Shown here: one piece after another, positions 50,159-59,843 of the stretch | Position numbering within the stretch: position 1 is the stretch's first letter | How the letters are laid out: each line of letters begins with the position of its first letter | DNA from: Shigella phage SSG23 | Length of the DNA: 64,000 nt | Sequence record: PQ351811 | Direction: 5' to 3' (one strand) | Made by a program: the position numbers and the translations under genes | Notes under the pieces: model-generated | The model's input: only the letters and a program-made list of their open reading frames with translations | What the model was told of the DNA's origin: nothing | Databases searched by the model: none

Positions 50159-50199
50159 ACACACATCAAAACGAAACACACTTTTTAAGGAGAATCAAA

Positions 50200-50478
50200 A
50201 TGAGCAACCTGTCTTTCGCTAAAGTAGAAATTTCTAAAACTCGCGGTGGCATCAAAATCAAAACTTCCAATATCACTTCCTGCCGTGGTTGCGACCAGTT
50301 TGCGCGTGACCTTGCTGTGAAGCTGGGTATGAAAACCTTTACGGTGGAGAGCGGATCTAACTGGACCACTCTGATTGTTACTGCCGCTTGGATCAATGGC
50401 GAGTATGTAGAAAAAGCATACTTTGACATTTTCTATGACTATGAAGAAAAATGCTTTTACGCACTGCAAGACATGTAA
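50200..50478 (+). CDS. hypothetical protein
   Basis: 92 aa ORF after promoter cassette. Confidence 0.5.
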   Translation: MSNLSFAKVEISKTRGGIKIKTSNITSCRGCDQFARDLAVKLGMKTFTVESGSNWTTLIVTAAWINGEYVEKAYFDIFYDYEEKCFYALQDM

Positions 50479-50488
50479 GGAGGATAAT

Positions 50489-50797
50489 GTGACAACACAA
50501 GATATTGTTAATGTGCTTTATATTTGGCCTACTGGTGCAATGATCTCGTATCTTATATTCTGCTTGTATGCCAGATTCGACAAGAACACGAAAGAGATCG
50601 ATACAGGAGCATTTTGTATTGCTGCAATCATCTGGCCTATAACGTGGACCGTAGTTTATGTTGTTATGTGTTATAAAGGGCTGAAATGTTTTGGTTTGAT
50701 GATCGCGGGTAAACCGGAAGCGAAGCCGCGCAAGCATACCGGATTTACCCCAAAACAAGAAGACGACGGTCGATATAAACCGGAAGAAGATTTTTAA
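50489..50797 (+). CDS. membrane protein (GTG start)
   Basis: ORF 50423-50797 trimmed to GTG after AAGGAGG RBS; hydrophobic helices. Confidence 0.45.
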   Translation: MTTQDIVNVLYIWPTGAMISYLIFCLYARFDKNTKEIDTGAFCIAAIIWPITWTVVYVVMCYKGLKCFGLMIAGKPEAKPRKHTGFTPKQEDDGRYKPEEDF

Positions 50798-50805
50798 AAA
50801 AACAG

Positions 50806-50834
50806 TTGACATGAAAATGCGGTTATCCTATAAT
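50806..50834 (+). promoter_or_regulatory. early promoter cassette P11 (consensus TTGACA-N17-TATAAT)
   Basis: CAGTTGACA, 17 bp spacer, TATAAT, then GAGGATTATATTATG. Confidence 0.7.
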
Positions 50835-50868
50835 AGCCGCATCAAATGAACGATGTGAGGATTATATT

Positions 50869-51177
50869 ATGTTTATCTCTTCTGCTACTCCAGTTAAAGT
50901 TTATGGCGAAACTGTGTATCTTCCGGCTGGCTATCGCTATGTTATTGTTGACCGTTACGGTGTAGTATATGCTTTTAAAGGCCGTCCGGTTGAGATTGAT
51001 GCTGAATATTGTACATGGGGATATAAAGCCGCATACATGGATATTCCTGATCTTGGAGTGCGCTTAGGAAGATTTGATAATGATGTTAAACCATGCTTGA
51101 TTAAGTATGCATCCTATGGTAAAACTGTTAAACCAAATAGCGTCGGCTGGATTGATGACGGCGTTAACGTGAAATAA
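50869..51177 (+). CDS. hypothetical protein
   Basis: 102 aa ORF after promoter. Confidence 0.5.
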   Translation: MFISSATPVKVYGETVYLPAGYRYVIVDRYGVVYAFKGRPVEIDAEYCTWGYKAAYMDIPDLGVRLGRFDNDVKPCLIKYASYGKTVKPNSVGWIDDGVNVK

Positions 51178-51191
51178 TGTGAGGTGAATTT

Positions 51192-51485
51192 ATGTTGTCT
51201 ACTCGTAAAATGGTTGTTGGTGTCGCTGAAAATGCTTTAGAAATCGCTGATGAGGCTTTGACCGTCGCTTATGTTCGACGTGAAGAACTGCTACTGAAAC
51301 ACGCGGACCTGTTGGCTGAAATGAAAGAGACTGCGAAAGCTGGTAAAAGCACGCTCGCGATCGCCATTAAACTTGCTGGTAGTGAAGATGAGATCGTGGA
51401 TATCCACACTAAGATCAAGGAAGTGGAAAAACACTATGAAATGCTGCGACACAATCTTGATGAACTTGGGGTAAATCATGGCTAA
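51192..51485 (+). CDS. hypothetical protein
   Basis: 97 aa helical ORF. Confidence 0.5.
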   Translation: MLSTRKMVVGVAENALEIADEALTVAYVRREELLLKHADLLAEMKETAKAGKSTLAIAIKLAGSEDEIVDIHTKIKEVEKHYEMLRHNLDELGVNHG

Positions 51486-51699
51486 GTTACGATCTGGACG
51501 AGTTTTAACTCTGGTTGAATTGAGAGAAAAGGGATTAGACCCCGATTCTGTCGGTATTAGACCTATTAATTACATTCTGTTTCTAGAGGGTAAACTCTTT
51601 ACTAATGCTCATTCAGCATTAAATGCACCACATTTTTATAAGTGCAATGACTTTAACGGCTATATCGTTCCAGAATATTTCTTAGAATTTGATGATTAG
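51478..51699 (+). CDS. hypothetical protein
   Basis: 73 aa ORF. Confidence 0.45.
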   Translation: MAKLRSGRVLTLVELREKGLDPDSVGIRPINYILFLEGKLFTNAHSALNAPHFYKCNDFNGYIVPEYFLEFDD

Positions 51700-51985
51700 T
51701 ATAAAACACTCACCGACCGGAAAGGGGTCGGTGATCTTTAATGACGATAAGCCGTTAATCTTAATTCGAAATGGTGACTGGACATTACATGATACCCGTG
51801 TTACTATCCATTCACCGCCTAAAGAGATTCAACGGGAATTGGTTAGGATTGCCCTAACCGACAAGCATAAAGATGCGGTAGGTTATTCTCTTCTGAAATT
51901 GGGTGTTGACTTTCCTTTCGAGTATACGCTAACATTCAGAGAGCAGTCAGTGAAGCTAACAGAGATTCTATTCTCTGAGATATGA
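51692..51985 (+). CDS. hypothetical protein
   Basis: ORF 51689-51985 trimmed to ATG. Confidence 0.45.
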   Translation: MISIKHSPTGKGSVIFNDDKPLILIRNGDWTLHDTRVTIHSPPKEIQRELVRIALTDKHKDAVGYSLLKLGVDFPFEYTLTFREQSVKLTEILFSEI

Positions 51986-51995
51986 GGATTATATA

Positions 51996-52424
51996 ATGGT
52001 TTATCCAACTCCTAGTAAGATTTACATTGATGATACCCATTTTATGGTTGATATGATGGGTATAAAGTTTAGTGGTAATGTTAAAATTGTAGAGTGGGAA
52101 TTGCACGGTCAACCTGTCATCGATTATGACCATTACATTCCTTTTTTGGGTGATGACAATTTTGTCTCGTTTGACCATGAAGGTTACATGATCTTTGAAC
52201 AGTCTGACGTACCTTTGTATCTGGCAATGATGCAAATTCCTACGAAGGTTTCTGTTGTTGAGGGTGATTGCGATTGCTGCGGTTGGTATACTGTAACAGA
52301 TATTAAGTTGCCATCCGGTAAAGAACTCTACAACGAAGACCATTTTGGAAACTGTAACTTTCCGTGTGATTGGGATGAATTTTTCGAACTGGTAGAAACT
52401 GAAAGAACTTATTTAAGGAAGTGA
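51996..52424 (+). CDS. hypothetical protein
   Basis: 142 aa ORF after ATGAGGATTATATAATG motif. Confidence 0.5.
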   Translation: MVYPTPSKIYIDDTHFMVDMMGIKFSGNVKIVEWELHGQPVIDYDHYIPFLGDDNFVSFDHEGYMIFEQSDVPLYLAMMQIPTKVSVVEGDCDCCGWYTVTDIKLPSGKELYNEDHFGNCNFPCDWDEFFELVETERTYLRK

Positions 52425-52426
52425 TA

Positions 52427-53239
52427 ATGAAGAAAGTATTAGGTTTAATTCCCTATACTGGCAATAAAGAAAAGTTATTACCGACAATTAGTAAGTATTT
52501 CCCTAAGCACTACAAACGCTTTGTTGATGCCTTTTGTGGTGGCTTGAGCGTGTCTCTGTACGTCGAAGGTGATGTGCTGGCTAATGACTATGATCACCAA
52601 TTAATTGACGCTTACAAGGCCATTGACGAGTGTCCTGATCCGGTTTCTACGATCAAGCGGATTATTGCCGAAAATGGTTTGTCTCGCGAAGATAAAGACG
52701 CTTACATGACATTCCGTAAGAAGTATAACGAGAATCCAGATCCGCTATCGCTGTTTGTGTTGATTCAGCATAGTTTTAGCAACATTAACCGCCATAACCG
52801 GAAGGGCGAATTTAATGCTAATTTTGGTCGCCGGACTTTTAACGAAAACGCGGTAGAGCGTGTCCTGAATTTTAAGGAAGAAAACAAAGACGGTCGAATC
52901 ATTTTTACTTCTGGACGATATGACGAGATCGAGATCTTGCCAGGTGATTTCGTTTATTTGGACCCGCCGTATCTTATCACTTCTGCGGAATATAATAAGT
53001 TCTGGAGTGACGAGGAAGAGATTAAATTCTATCAGTGGGTAGAATCTATTATGGCGCGTGGTTTTCAGTTTGGTATCAGTAATGTCACGCATCATAAGGG
53101 AAAGGTAAATGATCATCTTCTTGACTTTATCAAGCGGAATGATCTAAACTGCGTCCTGTTGAATAAGACCTATTGCCTAGATCGTTCAGGTGGCAAGTCT
53201 TCTGATACGCAAGAAGTTTATGTAACTAACGTAGATTGA
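52427..53239 (+). CDS. dam: DNA adenine methyltransferase (Dam-like, alpha class)
   Basis: N-terminus KKVLGLIPYTGNKEKLLP, FVDAFCGGLSVSL (motif I) and YLDPPY (motif IV), closely resembling T4 Dam. Confidence 0.85.
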   Translation: MKKVLGLIPYTGNKEKLLPTISKYFPKHYKRFVDAFCGGLSVSLYVEGDVLANDYDHQLIDAYKAIDECPDPVSTIKRIIAENGLSREDKDAYMTFRKKYNENPDPLSLFVLIQHSFSNINRHNRKGEFNANFGRRTFNENAVERVLNFKEENKDGRIIFTSGRYDEIEILPGDFVYLDPPYLITSAEYNKFWSDEEEIKFYQWVESIMARGFQFGISNVTHHKGKVNDHLLDFIKRNDLNCVLLNKTYCLDRSGGKSSDTQEVYVTNVD

Positions 53240-53247
53240 GGTATAAT

Positions 53248-53529
53248 ATGGTAGAAATTTTTGGTTTTGAAGGTTACAACTGTAAGTATTGCCAGAATGC
53301 AAAGCGCCTTTGTGAATCGCGTAAGATCCCTTACATCTACATTCCGGTTAATGATGGTGTAGACGAAAACGGTCGTCCGGTAAAGATTGATTCTATCATT
53401 GCCGACATTCAGGATCGCGCAGGGGTAGAAGTTATTGCCACCATGCCGCAGATTTTCTATAATGGTGATTATATAGGTGGTTTTGATGAGTTCAGATCCT
53501 TTGTAGTCAAAAACAAGATTAATGGTTAA
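53248..53529 (+). CDS. nrdC: glutaredoxin/thioredoxin NrdC-like
   Basis: CKYC active site and MPQIFYNGDYIGGFDEF as in T4 NrdC. Confidence 0.75.
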   Translation: MVEIFGFEGYNCKYCQNAKRLCESRKIPYIYIPVNDGVDENGRPVKIDSIIADIQDRAGVEVIATMPQIFYNGDYIGGFDEFRSFVVKNKING

Positions 53530-53553
53530 ATACCTTCTTTGGAGGGTGAATTT

Positions 53554-54027
53554 ATGTTACTGACTGCTAAGAGTGCTAAAGAGTACAAACAAGAACTATT
53601 CGAAAAACAAGGGGGCATTTGCCCCCTTTGTCAATTACCACTTTTTGAGGATATGAGCAAAAACCATCTTGACCATGATCATGATCTAGATGGGAAAGGG
53701 CAAGGCCGCGTAAGGGGATTGCTTCATTCGTGTTGCAACCGCCTAGAAGGATCGTTGACCGGAGACTTTAAACGGTTTGGTGTTGGTGCTTTAGGTGCTG
53801 ATTTCGTTGTTTGGGCTACAAACTATGTTAATTACATCAAAGGAGACTACACCAACAATCATTTACATCCTCAATATGCTGTTGATAAAGTAAAACGATT
53901 TTCACGCTTGACACGCGCGGAGATGGTTGCTATTATGGACGCAGAAGGTTTCGATTACTGCGACGCTGATACACGAGAAGAAATCACGAAGAAGTATAAG
54001 AAACAATTCATACAAAGATTAAGATAG
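53554..54027 (+). CDS. gp49: recombination endonuclease VII (gp49)
   Basis: MLLTAK..., GGICPLCQLPL, NHLDHDHDLDGKGQGRVRGLLHSCCN match T4 endo VII zinc and H-N-H-like motifs. Confidence 0.85.
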   Translation: MLLTAKSAKEYKQELFEKQGGICPLCQLPLFEDMSKNHLDHDHDLDGKGQGRVRGLLHSCCNRLEGSLTGDFKRFGVGALGADFVVWATNYVNYIKGDYTNNHLHPQYAVDKVKRFSRLTRAEMVAIMDAEGFDYCDADTREEITKKYKKQFIQRLR

Positions 54028-54030
54028 TAG

Positions 54031-54059
54031 TTGACAATAAGAAATGGGAGTAGTAAAAT
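54031..54059 (+). promoter_or_regulatory. early promoter cassette P12 with palindromic spacer
   Basis: TTGACA, spacer with GGGAGTA/TACTCCC inverted repeat, TAAAAT, then GGAGAATCAACAATG. Confidence 0.6.
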
Positions 54060-54090
54060 ACTCCCATCTAATCAAGAAGGAGAATCAACA

Positions 54091-54351
54091 ATGCGTAAGA
54101 TGTTTAAAGCTGGTGTGGCCTATGTTTTTAAATCTGAGCAAGCACATAAAGACTTCTTAGATGATGAATACGAAGGGGTGAAAGATACCTACGAAGTCAT
54201 CAAGAATGGGTTTACTGTTCTTAAAGTGTCACCTGTTGGTTATGTAAGTGAAATAGCGGTTGATGGGAAAACATACACCGCTAAAGACTTTGACCCGCGT
54301 TGGGAATTTATGCTGCTTCCGTGTGAGCGCATTCTGTTCCGTGCTGTTTAA
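54091..54351 (+). CDS. hypothetical protein, paralog family A member 1
   Basis: ORF trimmed to ATG after leader; FKAGVAYVFKSEQ...GFTVLKV...DGKTYTAKDF. Confidence 0.5.
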   Translation: MRKMFKAGVAYVFKSEQAHKDFLDDEYEGVKDTYEVIKNGFTVLKVSPVGYVSEIAVDGKTYTAKDFDPRWEFMLLPCERILFRAV

Positions 54352-54377
54352 TTAGTGAAATGATAGAGGATTATATT

Positions 54378-54938
54378 ATGGTACAGAAAACGTATAAATT
54401 GTATCCGGCTAAGTCTTCAAATGATGCTGTTTTTGAACGAGGTCGTTATTACACTTTCCGTAGTGCAGAAACAGCCGCAGAATTTATCAAACGATGTCCG
54501 CAACATAATAAGTTCTTGTATGACGTGCTTTGTAACGGCTTTAAAGTTCTCACTGTTGATGCGATGGGGCGTGTGTATCTGGTAGAAACTCATGGGTATG
54601 AAGGTGCATCTGTTCTGATTGCTGCAAACGAGCGCAAATACTTTAAACGCATCACTAAAAAGCAGTTTGAAGAAATGAAACCAGTTAAGAAAGAAGAATC
54701 TCTGGAAGATCTGATTAACTTGTTTGGTAAAGTTCGCTCTATCTCCTTTGCGATTGAAGATGACATTACCGACAATAAAATCTTTGTCAAGAACGCGGAA
54801 GACCTGAAAGAGTTCCTTATTGAAAATAGATCTCGACTGGAAACCTTTCTTGAAAGTGAAATTATTCGACATGATACCTACGCTAAATTCAGCGCCGAGA
54901 AAGTGGAAGAACTGAAAGAGATTAAAAAGTCACTTTAA
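54378..54938 (+). CDS. hypothetical protein, paralog family A member 2
   Basis: FERGRYYTFRSAE...GFKVLTVD...NERKYFKRITK; charged C-terminal helix. Confidence 0.5.
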   Translation: MVQKTYKLYPAKSSNDAVFERGRYYTFRSAETAAEFIKRCPQHNKFLYDVLCNGFKVLTVDAMGRVYLVETHGYEGASVLIAANERKYFKRITKKQFEEMKPVKKEESLEDLINLFGKVRSISFAIEDDITDNKIFVKNAEDLKEFLIENRSRLETFLESEIIRHDTYAKFSAEKVEELKEIKKSL

Positions 54939-54941
54939 CGC

Positions 54942-54970
54942 TTGACATGATGAAACGGGAGTAGTAAGAT
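54942..54970 (+). promoter_or_regulatory. early promoter cassette P13 with palindromic spacer
   Basis: GCTTGACA, spacer with GGGAGTA/TACTCCC, TAAGAT, then GAGAGGATTATATTATG. Confidence 0.6.
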
Positions 54971-55001
54971 ACTCCCATCTAAACAACGAGAGGATTATAT
55001 T

Positions 55002-56180
55002 ATGGCTAAATTCTTTGAAGGTCATTACTATGCATTCCGTGAAGGCGGTAAAGATGAGTTTCTAGACTTTTCTCGCTATTCAATTATTCTGACCGATGCT
55101 TCGCGCCGTGGTCATATTCGAGTTGCTGAAATCGTAGAAAAGGGCTTTAAAGTATTAGAAAAAGATGACCACGGTCATGTTATTACTATTGAAGCTGGAG
55201 ATGTAGTTTATTCCGCTGAGGATATCGTTTATTATTGGTCTACTATGATTATGCACAATGAGCGCAAATACTTTAAACGTATCTCAAAAGAGGCATACGA
55301 AGCGATGAACAAGAAAGAGGATGCAATGCCGACTTACTTTGAAAAAGGTAAATGTTATTCGTTTACCCCAGAAGGTTTGCAAGAATTTAAGCGATTCTGG
55401 GGAGAGCATGACCCAGAACACAAAGAAGCCATGAAACTTGCTGATTTTGTCGAATATGGCTTTTTGGTTGAAGAAGAATTGCACGGATCAGCTACCATGA
55501 TCACCGCGAAAGGTGAAACCGTTAAGGCAGATCGTTTTTGTGATCAATGGGCTTGTGTGTTTGACGGTGGCGAATTTGAATACTTCGCGGAAATCACCAA
55601 CCATCAATTTCATTCTATGCAAGCGGAAGGTCAGCGATTTAAAGTAGGCGAACGCTACAAGCCAAATCAGCATAATTTGCCTCATTGGTTTAACACTGAA
55701 ACCGTATCCAGCCATGTTATTGAAATTGTTCAAAAGCTGGAACATGGATTTAAGGTAACTAAAGTAGATCCTTTCGGAAGTGTTGACGCGGTTGAAGTTG
55801 ATGGTGTAGAATATACTCCCAAATCTTTCGGGCTTTGCTGGTATCATCTGATCAGCAATGATGAACGTTATAACTTTGTTGAACTGCCATCTGAACCGGA
55901 AGAAGCACTAGAGGATCATGATCATCTATCTGAACTGGTTAAGCTGTTTGGTGATCTGCCGGATGGTGTAGGGGTGGCGGTAATGGGTGAAGGTGCGGTT
56001 ATCCGAAACCTGAAAGACTTTAAAAAGTTCTTGATTGACATGCTGCCTAAACTTGATGATAATCTCGATACAGATATTCAGAATCGCAAAGAAATTGTTA
56101 AAGAGACTGAAAAAGAGATCGAAGCGATTCGAGCAATTCGCCAGAAGGTGAAAGCAGTAAAGAAAAAAGTTCGTGCTTGA
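55002..56180 (+). CDS. hypothetical protein, paralog family A member 3 (internally repeated)
   Basis: 392 aa; repeats of the family A domain (FEGHYYAFREG...GFKVLEKD..., NERKYFKRISK, ...GFKVTKVD...); C-terminal coiled coil. Confidence 0.55.
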   Translation: MAKFFEGHYYAFREGGKDEFLDFSRYSIILTDASRRGHIRVAEIVEKGFKVLEKDDHGHVITIEAGDVVYSAEDIVYYWSTMIMHNERKYFKRISKEAYEAMNKKEDAMPTYFEKGKCYSFTPEGLQEFKRFWGEHDPEHKEAMKLADFVEYGFLVEEELHGSATMITAKGETVKADRFCDQWACVFDGGEFEYFAEITNHQFHSMQAEGQRFKVGERYKPNQHNLPHWFNTETVSSHVIEIVQKLEHGFKVTKVDPFGSVDAVEVDGVEYTPKSFGLCWYHLISNDERYNFVELPSEPEEALEDHDHLSELVKLFGDLPDGVGVAVMGEGAVIRNLKDFKKFLIDMLPKLDDNLDTDIQNRKEIVKETEKEIEAIRAIRQKVKAVKKKVRA

Positions 56181-56204
56181 CATGCGAAGGGAGTATGCTA
56201 TAAT
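56177..56204 (+). promoter_or_regulatory. early promoter cassette P14 (extended -10, palindromic)
   Basis: GCTTGACA, 16 bp spacer, TGCTATAAT flanked by GGGAGTAT/ATACTCCC. Confidence 0.65.
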
Positions 56205-56234
56205 ACTCCCACTTAACAACGAGAGGATTATATT

Positions 56235-56729
56235 ATGTGGGTACAAGATGTTTGGTATACTGTAACTAAAGAAAACCTTGACGCATTCAGCGACCAATCT
56301 TGCGCTAATAGTTCAATTGCTGGTATCCTTACTGATGTGTTTGGTGGTGTTGATAAAATTCGTTTTAAAGTTGTTGTTGGTTCGATGGGGGGTGTAAAAG
56401 ACCTATACACCGAAGATAAAGACCTTGATCTTGAACTTCGTCTTCGTATTGATAATGCAAGTCTAGGTTATTGGTTTGAAGATAACGAATATGAATACTT
56501 CACCCCAGCAATTAAAGTTTTTGCGACTAAACTGGAAGCTGTACTAAATATCCGACCAATTAATGTTGACGGTTATATTATCAAAAATATTCAGGATTGG
56601 GAGTTGTATCTAGATCAGATTATCCGAAATAGTAAGCAGGAAGCCGCTAATAAGAAGCGACAAGAGATTAAACAGCTTAAGGCTGAACTGGAAGCTAAAG
56701 AAAAAGAATTAGCAGAACTGGTAAAATAA
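56235..56729 (+). CDS. hypothetical protein
   Basis: 164 aa with C-terminal coiled coil (KQLKAELEAKEKELAEL). Confidence 0.5.
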   Translation: MWVQDVWYTVTKENLDAFSDQSCANSSIAGILTDVFGGVDKIRFKVVVGSMGGVKDLYTEDKDLDLELRLRIDNASLGYWFEDNEYEYFTPAIKVFATKLEAVLNIRPINVDGYIIKNIQDWELYLDQIIRNSKQEAANKKRQEIKQLKAELEAKEKELAELVK

Positions 56730-56738
56730 CTATCAACG

Positions 56739-56762
56739 AGCGGGAGAAATCCCGCTTTTTCA
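56739..56762 (+). terminator. rho-independent terminator
   Basis: Hairpin GCGGGAGAAATCCCGC followed by TTTTTC. Confidence 0.6.
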
Positions 56763-56773
56763 TAGGTGATACA

Positions 56774-58636
56774 ATGGAAAAACTAATCAAAGACATTACA
56801 GAGATCGCAACGGGTAAAGAAAACGAAGTAAGCAAAGAGAACGCGAACAAAGACGCGCGAACATTCCCGACACGTCGAGATCTGATTGCTGGTGCTGTGT
56901 CTAAACAGATTGCTAAAACCGTGTTACCTGAGCACATCTATAAAGCGCATGTAGACGGTGATATTCATTATCATGATATGGATTATGCACCCGCTATGCC
57001 GTTTACTAACTGCTGTCTTGTTAATCTCAAAGACATGTTAGAGAATGGTTTTAAATTGGGTAGCGCACAAATCGAAAGTCCTAAATCGATCGGCGTTGCT
57101 TGTGCTGTAACCGCTCAAATTATCGCACAGGTGGCAAGTCATCAATATGGCGGGACCACAATTGCAAACATCGATCAGGTTTTAGCGCCATACGTTGAGA
57201 AAACATATCATAAACACCTTGCTGATGCAGAAACCTACGGAATCAAAGCTGATACTCTCTATGCACAAGAGAAGACAGAAAAAGAAACGCTAGACGGATA
57301 TCAGGCGTTGGAATATGAGATCAACACTTTGTTCTCTACCAACGGTCAAACACCTTTTGTGACTTTAACCTTTGGTATGGGTACTAGCTGGGAAGAAAAA
57401 CTGATTCAGAAAGCGATCCTGAAAGTTCGAACTAAAGGTTTAGGTAAAGATGGTATAACTCCGGTGTTTCCTAAGCTGGTGATGTTCTTAGAAGAAGGAT
57501 TAAACCTTAAACCGGAAGATCCGAACTACGACATTAAGCAACTTGCATTGGAATGTTCTAGTAAGCGTCTTTACCCTGATTATATCTCTGCGAAGAATAA
57601 CCGTAGTATCACTGGATCTAGTGTTCCGGTTAGCCCGATGGGTTGTCGTAGCTTCCTGGGTGTGTGGCATAATGAGAAAGGCGAAGAAGTATTAGATGGA
57701 CGTAATAACTTAGGTGTTGTGACTCTGAATCTTCCGCGTATTGCACTTATTGCCGCGCGTCGTGCTGGTAAAGCGTCTGTAATGCGCAGAATTGAGCTAT
57801 TCGAACAAGAGCTAGCTAATCGTCTGCCTATTTGCTTTGATGCGCTCATGAGTCGCGTAGACGCTTTAAAAGGGGCTAAAGCCAATGTTGCTCCTGTACT
57901 GTATACCGAAGGTGCATTTTTCCGTATTCATCAAAACGATGAAATTTTGGAAGTGCTGAAAGATGGTCGCGCTAGTATCTCTCTTGGGTATATTGGTTTA
58001 CATGAAGTGTTGAGCGTCCTGTTTGGTGTTCATCCGTTTGATTCGGAAGATGCGCAGCGATACGGTAAACATATTCTTAAAATCCTGCGTCATTATACTG
58101 AAAAATGGAAGGACGAAACCGGACTTGGGTTTAGTCTTTACGGCACGCCAGCCGAGAGCCTTTGTTATCGATTTAATCGACTGGACCGAGAGCAATTTGG
58201 TATTGTTAAGGGTGCTACCGATAAAGACTGGTACACCAACTCATTCCACCTTGACGTAGACCGGAAAGTTACACCGTTTGAGAAAATCGACTTTGAGAAA
58301 GACTATCACTGGCTGGCGTCTGGTGGTATGATCTCTTATGTTGAGTTCCCGGACATGAAAAACAACATTAAAGGGCTTGAAACTGTAGTAGACTATGCAA
58401 TGGATAAATTGCACTACTTCGGTGTTAATACTCCTTCTGATGTATGTCATGTATGCGGATCTACTAAGGAAATGAGAGCGACCGAGTCTGGTTTTGTTTG
58501 CCCTGATTGCGGCAATGACAATCTGGAAAAGATGAATGTTATCCGTCGCGTTAGTGGATATCTTGGATCTGTTGACCTGCGTCCATTCAACCACGGGAAA
58601 CACTCCGAGATGGTAAACCGCGTTAAACACATGTAA
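56774..58636 (+). CDS. nrdD: anaerobic ribonucleoside-triphosphate reductase NrdD
   Basis: 620 aa; C-terminal zinc ribbon CHVCGS...CPDCGNDN and glycyl-radical motif RRVSGYLGS. Confidence 0.9.
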   Translation: MEKLIKDITEIATGKENEVSKENANKDARTFPTRRDLIAGAVSKQIAKTVLPEHIYKAHVDGDIHYHDMDYAPAMPFTNCCLVNLKDMLENGFKLGSAQIESPKSIGVACAVTAQIIAQVASHQYGGTTIANIDQVLAPYVEKTYHKHLADAETYGIKADTLYAQEKTEKETLDGYQALEYEINTLFSTNGQTPFVTLTFGMGTSWEEKLIQKAILKVRTKGLGKDGITPVFPKLVMFLEEGLNLKPEDPNYDIKQLALECSSKRLYPDYISAKNNRSITGSSVPVSPMGCRSFLGVWHNEKGEEVLDGRNNLGVVTLNLPRIALIAARRAGKASVMRRIELFEQELANRLPICFDALMSRVDALKGAKANVAPVLYTEGAFFRIHQNDEILEVLKDGRASISLGYIGLHEVLSVLFGVHPFDSEDAQRYGKHILKILRHYTEKWKDETGLGFSLYGTPAESLCYRFNRLDREQFGIVKGATDKDWYTNSFHLDVDRKVTPFEKIDFEKDYHWLASGGMISYVEFPDMKNNIKGLETVVDYAMDKLHYFGVNTPSDVCHVCGSTKEMRATESGFVCPDCGNDNLEKMNVIRRVSGYLGSVDLRPFNHGKHSEMVNRVKHM

Positions 58637-58640
58637 ATTT

Positions 58641-58673
58641 CAGCCGATCCGAAAGGGTCGGCTTTTTCGTTTT
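58641..58673 (+). terminator. rho-independent terminator
   Basis: Hairpin CAGCCGATCCGAAAGGGTCGGCTT followed by TTTTCGTTTT. Confidence 0.75.
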
Positions 58674-58679
58674 GGGGTG

Positions 58680-58707
58680 TTGACAACATGATTAGATAAT
58701 GTATAAT
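58680..58707 (+). promoter_or_regulatory. early promoter cassette P15
   Basis: GGGGTGTTGACA, 16 bp spacer, TATAAT, then CTCACATCGAAAACAACGAGAGGACAACATG. Confidence 0.65.
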
Positions 58708-58736
58708 GCTCACATCGAAAACAACGAGAGGACAAC

Positions 58737-59276
58737 ATGATGATGTTTTGTGTACTGAGCAAAGAAGTTAAACTTCGTAAACTGGAAATTGGCGATGGTG
58801 TTGTTGTTAAAATGCACGCTAGCACATTGACTAGTTTTAATTTAAAGGAAAGTTTTTTTATTAGAGGAACGGTGGTTAATATCTGCTGGAGTAAAGGCGA
58901 AGGAATCCGTAGCTTTTGCGTAATTGACGATGATAATAACCTGTATGTGATTCGCTATCATAATAATTCTATATTGGTCTATACCGACAATTCACGAGAA
59001 TTGTATACTCTTGAATTTGTTAAGCGTACTGATTGCGATCGATTTGTTCGTGCTTATGAAGAAGATGGCTGTTTTGCGACTGAAACAGAAACACATGAAT
59101 ATGTTCCTATGGAAGTAGGAGCCGAAATTAAACACAAGATCACGGATCGTATTTTTAAGGTTGTGGCGGTTGCTCATACTCAATTTGTAGCGCAAGCGCC
59201 GGATGAAGAATTTATTATCTACAATATTGGTAATGCAAGTTCTCACTTTCATAATGTACAATATCGCGATCTTTGA
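58737..59276 (+). CDS. hypothetical protein
   Basis: 179 aa ORF after promoter cassette. Confidence 0.5.
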   Translation: MMMFCVLSKEVKLRKLEIGDGVVVKMHASTLTSFNLKESFFIRGTVVNICWSKGEGIRSFCVIDDDNNLYVIRYHNNSILVYTDNSRELYTLEFVKRTDCDRFVRAYEEDGCFATETETHEYVPMEVGAEIKHKITDRIFKVVAVAHTQFVAQAPDEEFIIYNIGNASSHFHNVQYRDL

Positions 59277-59287
59277 AATAATGTGAG

Positions 59288-59839
59288 GTGACTATGAAAT
59301 CATTAAACCGTAAACGTAAAGCACAACGACACATGGAACACGCAAAATCAATTAATGTTGATATGACATTAGAACATATTGATGATGATTCATGTTATGA
59401 TGATGAACCAACAAATAAGATCCCTGTATGGATGGTTACGGTAAGAATTGACAATAAACAGATCGAAGAGACACACGATGCTTTAGCCTTGTTTCACGAA
59501 TGGCATCCGGTTAATATCGGGTGGGAGGAAAACAAAGCAAAAGGTCAATACTTCCTCACCTGTTCGTGTGGTGTAGCCGGATGCGCTGGGTATTGGGAAC
59601 CTGTTGTGATTCGGGTTAAAAAGGATACTGTACAATGGTCTGTGCGTAAAGAGCAGGGATACAGCAAAGGTGTGATCGGTACTGGCGAGAATGTGATTTA
59701 TCTTAAACGTAAAGATTACGAAGAGTGCCGGAAGTTTATTTTGAATATGCTGCGTTCTTATCCAGATGACAATTTCATGTTTGCCGGAGAGTACCTACCA
59801 GGCCGCCTGTGGTTGAAATCTCTCGAAAAATTTAAATAA
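59288..59839 (+). CDS. hypothetical protein
   Basis: 183 aa ORF with GAGGTGA RBS. Confidence 0.5.
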   Translation: MTMKSLNRKRKAQRHMEHAKSINVDMTLEHIDDDSCYDDEPTNKIPVWMVTVRIDNKQIEETHDALALFHEWHPVNIGWEENKAKGQYFLTCSCGVAGCAGYWEPVVIRVKKDTVQWSVRKEQGYSKGVIGTGENVIYLKRKDYEECRKFILNMLRSYPDDNFMFAGEYLPGRLWLKSLEKFK

Positions 59840-59843
59840 ATGC

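Noticed and set aside
56774-58636. Group I intron or homing endonuclease within nrdD, as found in some T-even phages
   Set aside because: NrdD reads as one uninterrupted 620 aa ORF through the glycyl-radical motif; no GIY-YIG or HNH endonuclease ORF detected in or beside it.
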